25,631 bases of DNA from IMG/VR virus record IMGVR_UViG_3300032155_000030, positions 1 through 25,631 of that record; one strand, written 5' to 3'. Shown piece after piece: positions 16,641 through 24,040 of this stretch. This DNA comes from a virus (lineage: Duplodnaviria > Caudoviricetes). The notes under the pieces are model-generated. The model made no database searches and had not been told where the DNA came from. It worked only from the letters and a program-made list of their open reading frames with translations. The position numbers and the translations under genes were made by a program. Every line of letters starts with the position of its first letter. Within the stretch, counting starts at the first letter, position 1.

Positions 16641-18241
16641 CAGTCCTTGTCCTCCTCGCGGGTGGTGGGCGAGGCTTCCTTCACCGACGCGGCCTTGGAG
16701 CGGGGCTCCACCTCGAGCTCGGCCTCGCGGCGGCGCTCTCGGGCTCGCTGCCCGATGGTGTCCTCCCAGTCCTTGCCCTGTTCGGCGGCCAGGTCGGCCA
16801 GCGTGGTCAGGTTGTTGTCCAGGGCCAGGATGTTAGCCGTGACTTCTTTCACGGGATCCACGTAGCCGCGCGCCGGAGGGGTCCAGACGCAGGCGCACCA
16901 GAGGTCGCGCGCGGCCCAGAAGTCCGGGGCCTTGGCCGGGACGGCCAGCATGCCGCGCAGCCAGGCCTCCTCGAGGACCATTTCCCAGACCTGCTGGCAG
17001 TACGAGCGCACGAACCAGGCGTGGTAGCGGCGGTAGAGCTTCCAGACCTCCAGCAGCGCGGCGCGGGCCGAGGAGTAGTTGGTCTCGGAAAAGTCGCGTG
17101 CCACGACCTCGTAGGGCTGGCCCGTGGAGGCCGCGATGGCGCGGACCACGCGCTGCACGAATTGGTCGAAGGCGGCGGGCGGATTCTTGGATTCGATGAT
17201 GTGCGGCTTGTCGCCGGGGCGGCCGTACATGAACAGTCCGGGCGTGAGCTCCTGGTGGCGGGGCTCCTCTTCGTGGCCTTGCGCCGCGCCGTCCAGGGGG
17301 CGGCCCAGGCGCATGGCCGCGGCGAACGGGTCTTCCGTCTCCACGAACACGGCCAGCGAGGCGGTGACGATGGCCTGCATGAGGCTGTAGTCGAGGTAGT
17401 CGTTGAGGTGCCGGAAAAGCTGGCTGCCGGGCGAGAGCACCGAGATGCCGCGAACGCGCTCCGGCAGGTCGCAGAGGAAGCCGTGGAAGAAGCCGGGGCG
17501 GTAGCCCACGGCACGGGCGTAACGCTTGAAATTGGCCGAGGTCAGGCCGTTCACGGTCATGCCGTCGGGCGGATCGGCCACCCAATAGGCCACGGGCGCG
17601 CCCTCCGCGAACTCCACGCCCTGGTTGATGTGGCCGTGTCGGGAGAGGTCGAAGGGGGTGCGCAGCCGGGCCGGGTGGATGGTCTGCAGGCAGAGGTCGA
17701 AGGCCGCGCCGGGGCGCTGGCGCATCAGCGGGATCTGGCAGAACTCGCCCAGGGCGACCACGGAATGTAGGCACAGGTACTGGATGTCGCAGAAGTGCAT
17801 GCCGTCGATCCCCGCGGTCTTGGCCCAGAGCCGGAACGCCGCTTCGGCCGAGGCTGAGAACATCGCGGCCTGCTCTTCGCTGATCCCCAGGGCCGCGTGG
17901 GCCAGGCGCGACTGCGGCAGGATGCCCGGGCCGCCCACCACGTTGAGCGCCAGCGAGGAGGTGGCCGAGGCGGCGAAACCGTCGTTGGCCACCAGATCCT
18001 CGGCGCGGTCCATGGCCGTGTCGCGTTCGCGCTCCTCCTCGATCCTGCGCAGCCGTTTGGGCAGCCAGGAGGAGAGGCGGCCGGAGCGGGATCCCGCCGA
18101 GCGCGAGACGCCGCCCACCGGGCCGGACATCATGGCGAAGGCCTGCCGCGCCGCCAGGCGGCGAGCGCCCCGGACCGGGTCGAACCAGGACACGACCCGG
18201 TCCAGGACTGTGGGAACGGCGAGAGGGCGGGGCTGGGTCAC
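16640..18241 (-). CDS. Portal protein, lambda family
   Basis: LDRVVSWFDP, RAEDLVAN, RVRGIS, DFSETNYSSARAALLE, GYVDPVKE motifs. Confidence 0.96.
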   Translation of the reverse strand: MTQPRPLAVPTVLDRVVSWFDPVRGARRLAARQAFAMMSGPVGGVSRSAGSRSGRLSSWLPKRLRRIEEERERDTAMDRAEDLVANDGFAASATSSLALNVVGGPGILPQSRLAHAALGISEEQAAMFSASAEAAFRLWAKTAGIDGMHFCDIQYLCLHSVVALGEFCQIPLMRQRPGAAFDLCLQTIHPARLRTPFDLSRHGHINQGVEFAEGAPVAYWVADPPDGMTVNGLTSANFKRYARAVGYRPGFFHGFLCDLPERVRGISVLSPGSQLFRHLNDYLDYSLMQAIVTASLAVFVETEDPFAAAMRLGRPLDGAAQGHEEEPRHQELTPGLFMYGRPGDKPHIIESKNPPAAFDQFVQRVVRAIAASTGQPYEVVARDFSETNYSSARAALLEVWKLYRRYHAWFVRSYCQQVWEMVLEEAWLRGMLAVPAKAPDFWAARDLWCACVWTPPARGYVDPVKEVTANILALDNNLTTLADLAAEQGKDWEDTIGQRARERRREAELEVEPRSKAASVKEASPTTREEDKD

Positions 18242-18465
18242 GGCTGCCTCCGGGGCGAGGCGGGCAGGAGGAAGGGGCCGGATTGGCCGAGGAGCGTGCG
18301 GCGCTCATCATCCAGCCAGGAGAGGGTCTTGCGGATCTCGGGCAGGTCGGCGCGGGTCAGGGTCCGGCCTTCGATCTCGTAGGATTGGTTTTTTGCGCAG
18401 GCGAACAGGGCCGCTTTCCAGGCCGTCATCTGCGCGTCGAGCTCGGGGAGAGTGAAGATCGCCAT
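18238..18465 (-). CDS. Head completion protein (lambda gpW-like)
   Basis: 75 aa; QSYEIEGRTLTRADLPEI; immediately precedes and overlaps the portal. Confidence 0.85.
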   Translation of the reverse strand: MAIFTLPELDAQMTAWKAALFACAKNQSYEIEGRTLTRADLPEIRKTLSWLDDERRTLLGQSGPFLLPASPRRQP

Positions 18466-18466
18466 G

Positions 18467-18500
18467 CCGCCCGGCTACCAGGGCCGGGCGGGTCAGTCAG
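18467..18500 (-). promoter_or_regulatory. Candidate late promoter within a 9-bp-stem inverted repeat; probably leaderless
   Basis: Minus strand CTGACT-N17-TAGCCG-N6-ATG(18465), with no Shine-Dalgarno; stem ccgcccggc (18467-75) / gccgggcgg (18483-91). Confidence 0.4.
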
Positions 18501-18582
18501 TGGACGCTGTGGACAATGTGGAGAATGTGGACGGTTTTTTCAGGCCGATTCCATGGAAAATTTCCGTGGAAATCCCGTGGAA
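18500..18582. repeat. Four tandem 9-bp repeats plus three related near-palindromes (putative regulator-binding array)
   Basis: GTGGACGCT GTGGACAAT GTGGAGAAT GTGGACGGT (18500-18535); TTCCATGGAA 18549, TTCCGTGGAA 18562, TCCCGTGGAA 18573. Confidence 0.85.
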
Positions 18583-18650
18583 CGGCGGCATGTTCGCAGT
18601 GATGACGGAGGGGCAGTCAAAGGATCGCTCAATTCGAGTTGAAAAAATAG

Positions 18651-18902
18651 TCAGTCCGACCTGCTGCCGCTGCGGGCGCGTTTCGCCAAGTATTCGGAAA
18701 CACTGGCTTTGGCGATTCGCATGCCTTTTCTGTTTCCGATCCGCAGTGCGGGGAGCTGCTTTTCGTCGATCAGCTTGTACACGAATGACCTGCTGCAGTT
18801 GAGCCAGGAGGCCACCTGCTCGACCGTGAGCTGATTCACGCCGGGGAACGGATCGCCGCCGGTGACCGCGCGCTGGTAGACTGTGGGGATGCGGTGCGCC
18901 AT
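18651..18902 (-). CDS. Excisionase-like (HTH_17/MerR-type) DNA-binding protein
   Basis: Last 83 aa of track ORF 18651..20684; ATG 18902, 5 bp after the terL stop; LTVEQVASWLNCSRSFVYKLIDEKQLPALRIG...MRI. Confidence 0.9.
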   Translation of the reverse strand: MAHRIPTVYQRAVTGGDPFPGVNQLTVEQVASWLNCSRSFVYKLIDEKQLPALRIGNRKGMRIAKASVSEYLAKRARSGSRSD

Positions 18903-18907
18903 GGTCT

Positions 18908-20758
18908 CTATCCTCTGCTGAACCAGGACGGACGCGCGCCGGTCCTGGGCTGGGGTTCTGGCTGGGGAGGGCGTTTCGGCGACGGCGACGGCGCCAGCTT
19001 CGCCACGAGCTGCAGGCCCGGAGCCCATTCCGGATCGGCGCAGGCCGCGGCCAGGCATTCGCAGTCGAGCAGGTGGTTGGCCTTGCGGATCCGTTTCCAC
19101 TCGCGCTTGCCGCCCTTGCCGAGCACGAGCTGCTCGGCGGTGAGCTGCTCGGCGTAGTCGTTGCCGGTCTCCTCGTGCAGGTGCATGGGCTGGCTGCTCT
19201 CCGCGTGGAACCGACCGAGCACCAGCTCCTTGAGCGCCGAGGAGTCCAGGATGTAGAGGTCGAGGCCTCCGGGGATCTTCTGGCCGGACGGCAGGCGATC
19301 GATGACCGATGGCTTCACGCGCCGAAGCTGCGACCGCGAAGCGCCCTTGGTGGCATGCAGAATGCCGCGCCCCTTGGCCCGCACGAACTGGTAGACCTCC
19401 TCGGTGCGGGAGACCAGGGCGCTCTCGTCCTTTGTGCCGCCGGTGTCTATCCCGGCGCGCCAGATCTGGCGGACCTCGCCGGTCTCTTCCACAGGCCACC
19501 AGGTGTCGAAGACCAGGGCCTCGACCGCCTCGAAGGTCGGCAGGAACCCGTAATCCACCAGCCAGCTTTCGAGGCTCACGGCCCAGGCCCGGACCACGTA
19601 CCAGAAGCCGCGCGCCTGCACGTCGATACCGGCGGTCAGGGCCACGGCGGCGCGCGGCATGGTGCGGGGTTTGAGCCCGGGCACGACGCGCTCGAGCACG
19701 GCCGTGGACTCCACCGAGAGGGCCACGGGCTTGCACGCCTCGGCCCAGTAGCCGTTGAAGTAGGCCTGACGTACTTCCTGCGAGGCCCCAGGGGCTTCGG
19801 CCTTGAGTTTGGCCGCGCAGATCTCGGAGAGCGAGACCGCGCGGGAGAGGATGGCAGGCAGGTGGACGCCCACAGCGCGCGGCCTGTCCACCGGGCGCTC
19901 GGCCCGCCAGCCTCCGGCGGCCACGGCCTGGTCGCGGGCGTGGTCGGTCCAGAGGTAGCCGCAGGCAGCGCAGGCGTACCGGCCAAGGCCGCGCCGCCGG
20001 ACCTCGGCCGGATCGGCGCAGCGCTCCAGGATCACGAGCTGCTCGGGGGCCAGGTACTGTCGCCGGAAACAGGCCGGGCAGCGCGCCTCGTAGCGCCGCA
20101 GCTCGTCCGCTGCGTCCACGGCCCGCAGGATGCTGGACTCCTCGCCGCCCACAGGCTTGGAGACGCGCAGGATCTTGCGCAGGCCCGCATAGCTGCGCGT
20201 GCGCTCCAGGAAGTCGAGCACGGGATCTCCCTTGCCCTGGATGGACTTGTAGAGGTCCTCCTCGTCCAGGAAAAGGTCGCGCACCGAGATGGTGGCGCGC
20301 TGCGAGGGAGACTGGGCGGAAGAGAGGAAGAGGTTTGTTCCGTCCTGGAACTCGACCAGCCCGGCCCTGTCCCTGCCCAGCAGGCGGCGCGTCGGGGCGC
20401 AGGCGCGCAGCAGGGGCAAAAGTTTGGTCTCGGCGGCCTTGCCCAGGGTCTCGTCGTCCGGCATGGCCAGCATGCGCGGAGCCGGGCGCATGTCCACGGC
20501 AAAGGCCATGCAGGAGTACATGGCCAGGGTCTTGCCGGTCTGCGGGCTGCCCGCCACGCAGACCTCCTCCACGAAGGGATCGCCCCAGGCGTCCATGATG
20601 CCCGCGAGGTAGGGGGCGTAGTCGAGCCTGATCCGCCCGCCCGCGTGCGGCCCGTCCTTGACGATGACGTGCCGCGCGGCCCACTCGGAGACCGGGATCC
20701 GCTCCCGCCTGCGGAAGACCGCCCGCTCGCCGAGGGTGAAGGTGATTGACGCTTTCAT
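18908..20758 (-). CDS. Terminase large subunit, lambda GpA family
   Basis: PVSEWA, Walker A SPQTGKT, Walker B LFLDEED, CPAC..CAAC, nuclease AGIDVQ, QLTAE, NHLLDC; start ATG 20758 preferred but uncertain (weak RBS). Confidence 0.95.
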   Translation of the reverse strand: MKASITFTLGERAVFRRRERIPVSEWAARHVIVKDGPHAGGRIRLDYAPYLAGIMDAWGDPFVEEVCVAGSPQTGKTLAMYSCMAFAVDMRPAPRMLAMPDDETLGKAAETKLLPLLRACAPTRRLLGRDRAGLVEFQDGTNLFLSSAQSPSQRATISVRDLFLDEEDLYKSIQGKGDPVLDFLERTRSYAGLRKILRVSKPVGGEESSILRAVDAADELRRYEARCPACFRRQYLAPEQLVILERCADPAEVRRRGLGRYACAACGYLWTDHARDQAVAAGGWRAERPVDRPRAVGVHLPAILSRAVSLSEICAAKLKAEAPGASQEVRQAYFNGYWAEACKPVALSVESTAVLERVVPGLKPRTMPRAAVALTAGIDVQARGFWYVVRAWAVSLESWLVDYGFLPTFEAVEALVFDTWWPVEETGEVRQIWRAGIDTGGTKDESALVSRTEEVYQFVRAKGRGILHATKGASRSQLRRVKPSVIDRLPSGQKIPGGLDLYILDSSALKELVLGRFHAESSQPMHLHEETGNDYAEQLTAEQLVLGKGGKREWKRIRKANHLLDCECLAAACADPEWAPGLQLVAKLAPSPSPKRPPQPEPQPRTGARPSWFSRG

Positions 20759-20775
20759 AGCGGTTGGCCTACTGC
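20746..20775 (+). promoter_or_regulatory. Candidate promoter for the counter-oriented small gene
   Basis: TTGACG (20746-51), 18 bp, TACTGC (20770-75), just upstream of an A-rich leader and GGAG RBS; weak -10. Confidence 0.3.
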
Positions 20776-20799
20776 TTGCCCATAAAAATGGAGAACAAA

Positions 20800-20988
20800 A
20801 TGCCAAGATTTGAGTACAAGGTCATTGAGGTCCAAGTGGTCAAGGGAACCCATGCCGCGCTCGAAAGAGAATTGGCCGAGGCGGGAAGGAACGGGTGGGA
20901 GATCATCAACGTATGCCCCATCCCTGATCCGGAGATGAGAGAGTCTGCGGTGACAGCCAAAGTTTTTTTGAAGAAACTGGTTGCATAA
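20800..20988 (+). CDS. Small DUF4177-like protein, AT-richer moron between terS and terL
   Basis: ATG 20800 after GGAG; MPRFEYKVIEV...LERELAEAGRNGWEIINV...VFLKK matches the EYK...G..GWE...FKR pattern of DUF4177. Confidence 0.82.
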   Translation: MPRFEYKVIEVQVVKGTHAALERELAEAGRNGWEIINVCPIPDPEMRESAVTAKVFLKKLVA

Positions 20989-20989
20989 G

Positions 20990-21526
20990 CTAATCCACCT
21001 GATTCTCGGCTAGGGAAACAACGAACTCCCGGTCCTGCGACCAAGCATCCATCCAGTCCGCCGAGCGCTCCTGCCAGAAGCAGATGAGCTCCTGCAGCTT
21101 ACCCTCGCTGCCGCCCACCAGGGCGATGGCCTCAGGAGCCGTGCGGATGATGAAGGCCTCGATCTCGCTCTTGAAGAAGGTGGCGCGGGCCGCGAGGTCG
21201 CGCTCGTGGTCCTCGCGCGGCATGAGCAGACCCTGTTCGCGCGCGAGCTTGAGTCGTTGACGCTCGGCCTGCACGCTTTTCAGCGCCGCATCAGCGGTCA
21301 GGCGGTCCTGCTGCGCGGCAGCGGTCGCCTTGTCCTCGATCTTGGCCACGGCCTGCAGCCCTGCAGACGCGGCGTAGCCGAGCAGGGCCGCCTCCTCGAA
21401 CTCCCCGGCCTCGTTGCTCGGAACCAGGCCGCTGCGCACGTCGTTGTTGAACTTGCTCTTGCCGATCTTGAAGCCGCGCGCCTTGAGGAAGGCCACGGCG
21501 TCGAGCTGGGTGCGGCAGGCGGGCAT
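20990..21526 (-). CDS. Probable terminase small subunit (Nu1-like)
   Basis: ATG 21526 (TGATG overlap, GAGGAGG RBS); N-terminal wHTH-like region, coiled coil AERQRLKLAREQGLLMPRE; upstream of GpA. Confidence 0.72.
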   Translation of the reverse strand: MPACRTQLDAVAFLKARGFKIGKSKFNNDVRSGLVPSNEAGEFEEAALLGYAASAGLQAVAKIEDKATAAAQQDRLTADAALKSVQAERQRLKLAREQGLLMPREDHERDLAARATFFKSEIEAFIIRTAPEAIALVGGSEGKLQELICFWQERSADWMDAWSQDREFVVSLAENQVD

Positions 21527-21978
21527 CAGCTCCTCCTCTGGGCCGGACGCAGATCCCGGCATCTGACCTGGCGGCAGGTGAGGCGATGCACCTGGCCGCG
21601 CCCCACGACCACGCACCAGCCCTCGGTGCGGGTCTCGAAGGGCGGCGTGACGACGCGCCAGATCACGCTCTCGATCCCTCCCCGCTTCCCGATCTCGCCA
21701 GCCGGGACGTGCTCCAGCTCGCCAGGCAGGGTGACCAGGTCGCCGGGAGCGAGCTCCGGGGCTGGTTCCGTCTCTGCCACGGGCAGGCCCAGGGCCTGGC
21801 GCAGCAGGGTTGCTGCCTGCCGCAGGGCGTCCTCCGGGGTGCAGGGCGAGGCGGAGAGCCAGGCGTGGCCCAGCTTTACGCGGAACATGCCGCGCTCCCC
21901 GGTCTCGTAGAGCCGCAGCCGGACGGGCGGGTGGCCGTGGTGCGGAAATTGAAGCGAAAAGGTGACGTGTTTTTGCAT
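21526..21978 (-). CDS. Hypothetical phage protein (150 aa)
   Basis: ATG 21978 with GGAG RBS; fills the gap between primase and terS and is coupled to terS. Confidence 0.75.
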   Translation of the reverse strand: MQKHVTFSLQFPHHGHPPVRLRLYETGERGMFRVKLGHAWLSASPCTPEDALRQAATLLRQALGLPVAETEPAPELAPGDLVTLPGELEHVPAGEIGKRGGIESVIWRVVTPPFETRTEGWCVVVGRGQVHRLTCRQVRCRDLRPAQRRS

Positions 21979-21995
21979 GTCCGGTTGCTCCGATT

Positions 21996-23696
21996 TCAGG
22001 CGTGTGGTTCTGGATGCGCGTGCTGCAGGATCACGCGGCCCGCCTCGTGCAATTCGATGGCGATGACGCCGCCAGGTTCCAGAGAGATCGCGGCCGCGTG
22101 CTGCCAGAACCTGGCCCAGGCGATACCCCACCCCCAGGGCCAGCGGCCCTGACCAACGCGAAACAGGGTTCGGCGAGTCCAGCCGGCAGCCAGCAGCTCG
22201 GGCTGGCGAGGCATGAGCCAGGCCCGCGCCCGCCGCCAGCCCTGCAGCATGCTGGGCGTGATGCCGGAGCGCGATGCCGGGACGGGCGGCTCGTGCTCGA
22301 AGGGACGGCGCTCGACCCCGTAGTCCTGGCGCGGAGCCGGGCGTTCCTGCTCCCGCAGCTCCTCGGCCACGAGCGGGCGCGCGGGCGCGGTGGAAACTGG
22401 TGAGGAACAGGCCTGCCCAGCGAGGCGCTGGCGGCGCTCGATCATGAACCGGATCCCGGCGGGAAGCCCGGCCAGGATCCAGGTGCGCAGGGAGCCGCCC
22501 CCGCCCATGGCCCAGAACTCGCCGATGTCTTTGCCCTCGGGCACGGGCCAGCGCTTGGCCTGGGGGTAGTTGGCCAGCCACCAGTCACCGGCCTGCGCCC
22601 CGGCCCCACGGAAACGCGGGCGGGCGAAGGCGCGGACCCAGCCGTGGGCGTCGGCGAGAACGCGCAGCGCGCGGGAGCGGCGCAGCACGGAGCGGGCCAG
22701 CCAGGCGGACCAGTCCGGGGGCGTCTCGCCCGCGTCCATGGCCACGAGCAGGCAGCGCGAGGCTGAGATGATCTCGTGTTCATCGGCCTGGGGGTGGAGT
22801 TTGGCAGCGCCGACCATGGCCACGCCCACCAGATCGCCCGCCTCCTGGGCCACCAGCATGCCGTCGAGCTCGGTCTCCTCGACCACGTGGGCCAGGGCGC
22901 GCGGGCCAATGATCACGGGGCGATTGCGGCTGCCGTCCACGAGCTGGTACTTGGGGCCGGTTTCGTCCGCCGCCAGGCGCACGCGCAGGCGCAGGATCTC
23001 GCGCTGTCCGTCCGAGGCCTTCGGGCCGAAGGTCGGGATGAGCAGACCACGCTTGATGCACAGGGCGCGCGGCTTGCCGTCGTCCCAGTTCTTCGGCGGC
23101 AGCCCCCAGGACTCGCGGCCCTTGTAGATCCGCTCCCCGATCCACCCCAGGCCGAAGCGGCGCACCGTGGCCAGGGTGAGGCCGCGCTGCTCGCGCAGCC
23201 AATCCAGCGCGCCCATTTCCACCTCGGTCTTGCGGCCAGAGGCCTCGACCATGAAGCGCCCGGCGGGGTTCTGCAGCAGCGCGATGTGGGCCTCGCGCGC
23301 CAGCTTGAGCGCCTGGCCCTGCCAGAGGGCGTCCGGAGCCACGGACGGGGAGGGCGTGAAACCCTCCGGAGCACGGCGCGGGGTCTCGCGCCGCCTGTCC
23401 GGAGATGGTGCGCCAGCGGCGTAGCGTTCGCGGAAGAGCCGGAATCCGTCCGAGTCGTGCACGTCGCGGCTGTGCAGCGCGTTGAAACAGCCGATGAGGT
23501 CCGTGGTGGCGTCGCAAGCGAAGCAGTGGGCGCGGTCTTCCTCGAAGTAGTAGCGGAAGCAGCCCGAGGGCGTGGAATGCACCGTGAGCGGGCAGTCCGC
23601 CGCCACATAGCCGCTCGCGTCCTTGGCGTTCTCGAAGAGTTCCATGGCCACGCCGCGGCAGCCGGCAGCGCCCAGCCATTCCAGCGCCTTACCCAC
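21996..23696 (-). CDS. DnaG-like primase: CHC2-type Zn finger plus TOPRIM, with C-terminal extension
   Basis: GTG 23696 with GGAGG RBS; CPLTVH...HCFAC, WLREQRGL..TVRRFGLGW, GLLIP, PKY, VVEETELDG, RWPVPEGKDIGE. Confidence 0.85.
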   Translation of the reverse strand: MGKALEWLGAAGCRGVAMELFENAKDASGYVAADCPLTVHSTPSGCFRYYFEEDRAHCFACDATTDLIGCFNALHSRDVHDSDGFRLFRERYAAGAPSPDRRRETPRRAPEGFTPSPSVAPDALWQGQALKLAREAHIALLQNPAGRFMVEASGRKTEVEMGALDWLREQRGLTLATVRRFGLGWIGERIYKGRESWGLPPKNWDDGKPRALCIKRGLLIPTFGPKASDGQREILRLRVRLAADETGPKYQLVDGSRNRPVIIGPRALAHVVEETELDGMLVAQEAGDLVGVAMVGAAKLHPQADEHEIISASRCLLVAMDAGETPPDWSAWLARSVLRRSRALRVLADAHGWVRAFARPRFRGAGAQAGDWWLANYPQAKRWPVPEGKDIGEFWAMGGGGSLRTWILAGLPAGIRFMIERRQRLAGQACSSPVSTAPARPLVAEELREQERPAPRQDYGVERRPFEHEPPVPASRSGITPSMLQGWRRARAWLMPRQPELLAAGWTRRTLFRVGQGRWPWGWGIAWARFWQHAAAISLEPGGVIAIELHEAGRVILQHAHPEPHA

Positions 23697-23744
23697 GCCG
23701 CGCCCCCTCCCCCGTGTGCGAGAAAACCGCGAAACCCGCCCGAG

Positions 23745-24040
23745 AAAGGTCATGAGGGCGAGAATGAGGCCGCACGCCAAAGGTCATGGCCGGGTCATGG
23801 GAAAGGTCATTGGGGCCTGAATCCGCGCGAGACGTGGATCGAGCCGGGGAGAGAAGGGGGGCGAAATGACCTTTATGACCGGAATCGTCGCAATCTGCTG
23901 CCTTGGTCTTTCTCTTATTAAGAATCCTGCACTCACTATTAGGTGAGTCATAAAGGTCATAAAGGTAATTGGAATCAAGGCGGGCTGCGGATTTAGCGCA
24001 ATGACGTTCCATGACCTTCACCCCGAATCCTATGACCTTT
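23745..24040. repeat. Iteron-like array (consensus ATGACCTTT/AAAGGTCAT) around an AT-rich core; putative replication origin
   Basis: Perfect copies at 23745, 23779, 23802, 23952 (AAAGGTCAT) and 23866, 24032 (ATGACCTTT); degenerate copies near 23790, 23875, 23961, 24001, 24011; perfect 14-bp inverted repeat 23866-79 / 23947-60. Confidence 0.85.

Noticed and set aside
18467-18491. Hairpin as an intrinsic terminator
   Set aside because: No U-tract on either side; it abuts a start codon
18500-18582. Repeat arrays here and at 23745-24040 as CRISPR or DGR elements
   Set aside because: Units are only 9-10 bp with no unique spacers; no cas or reverse transcriptase gene in the window
18452-18802. 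116-aa plus-strand ORF across the late regulatory gap
   Set aside because: Its VDAVDNVENVD sequence just translates the 9-bp repeats; it overlaps two real genes
18651-18902. HTH gene as the true excisionase marking an att site
   Set aside because: No integrase or att-like boundary nearby, and it lies mid-operon after terL, so a regulatory role is more plausible; not formally excluded
20759-20806. Upstream TTG start for terL given by the track, and minus ORF 20769..21044
   Set aside because: Both overlap the RBS, start or body of the better-supported plus-strand DUF4177-like gene
23784-23978. Small ORFs in the helicase-primase gap (64 aa minus, 65 aa plus, 236 aa minus)
   Set aside because: Their MTFMT/KGH repeats are translations of the iterons; no RBS or codon support
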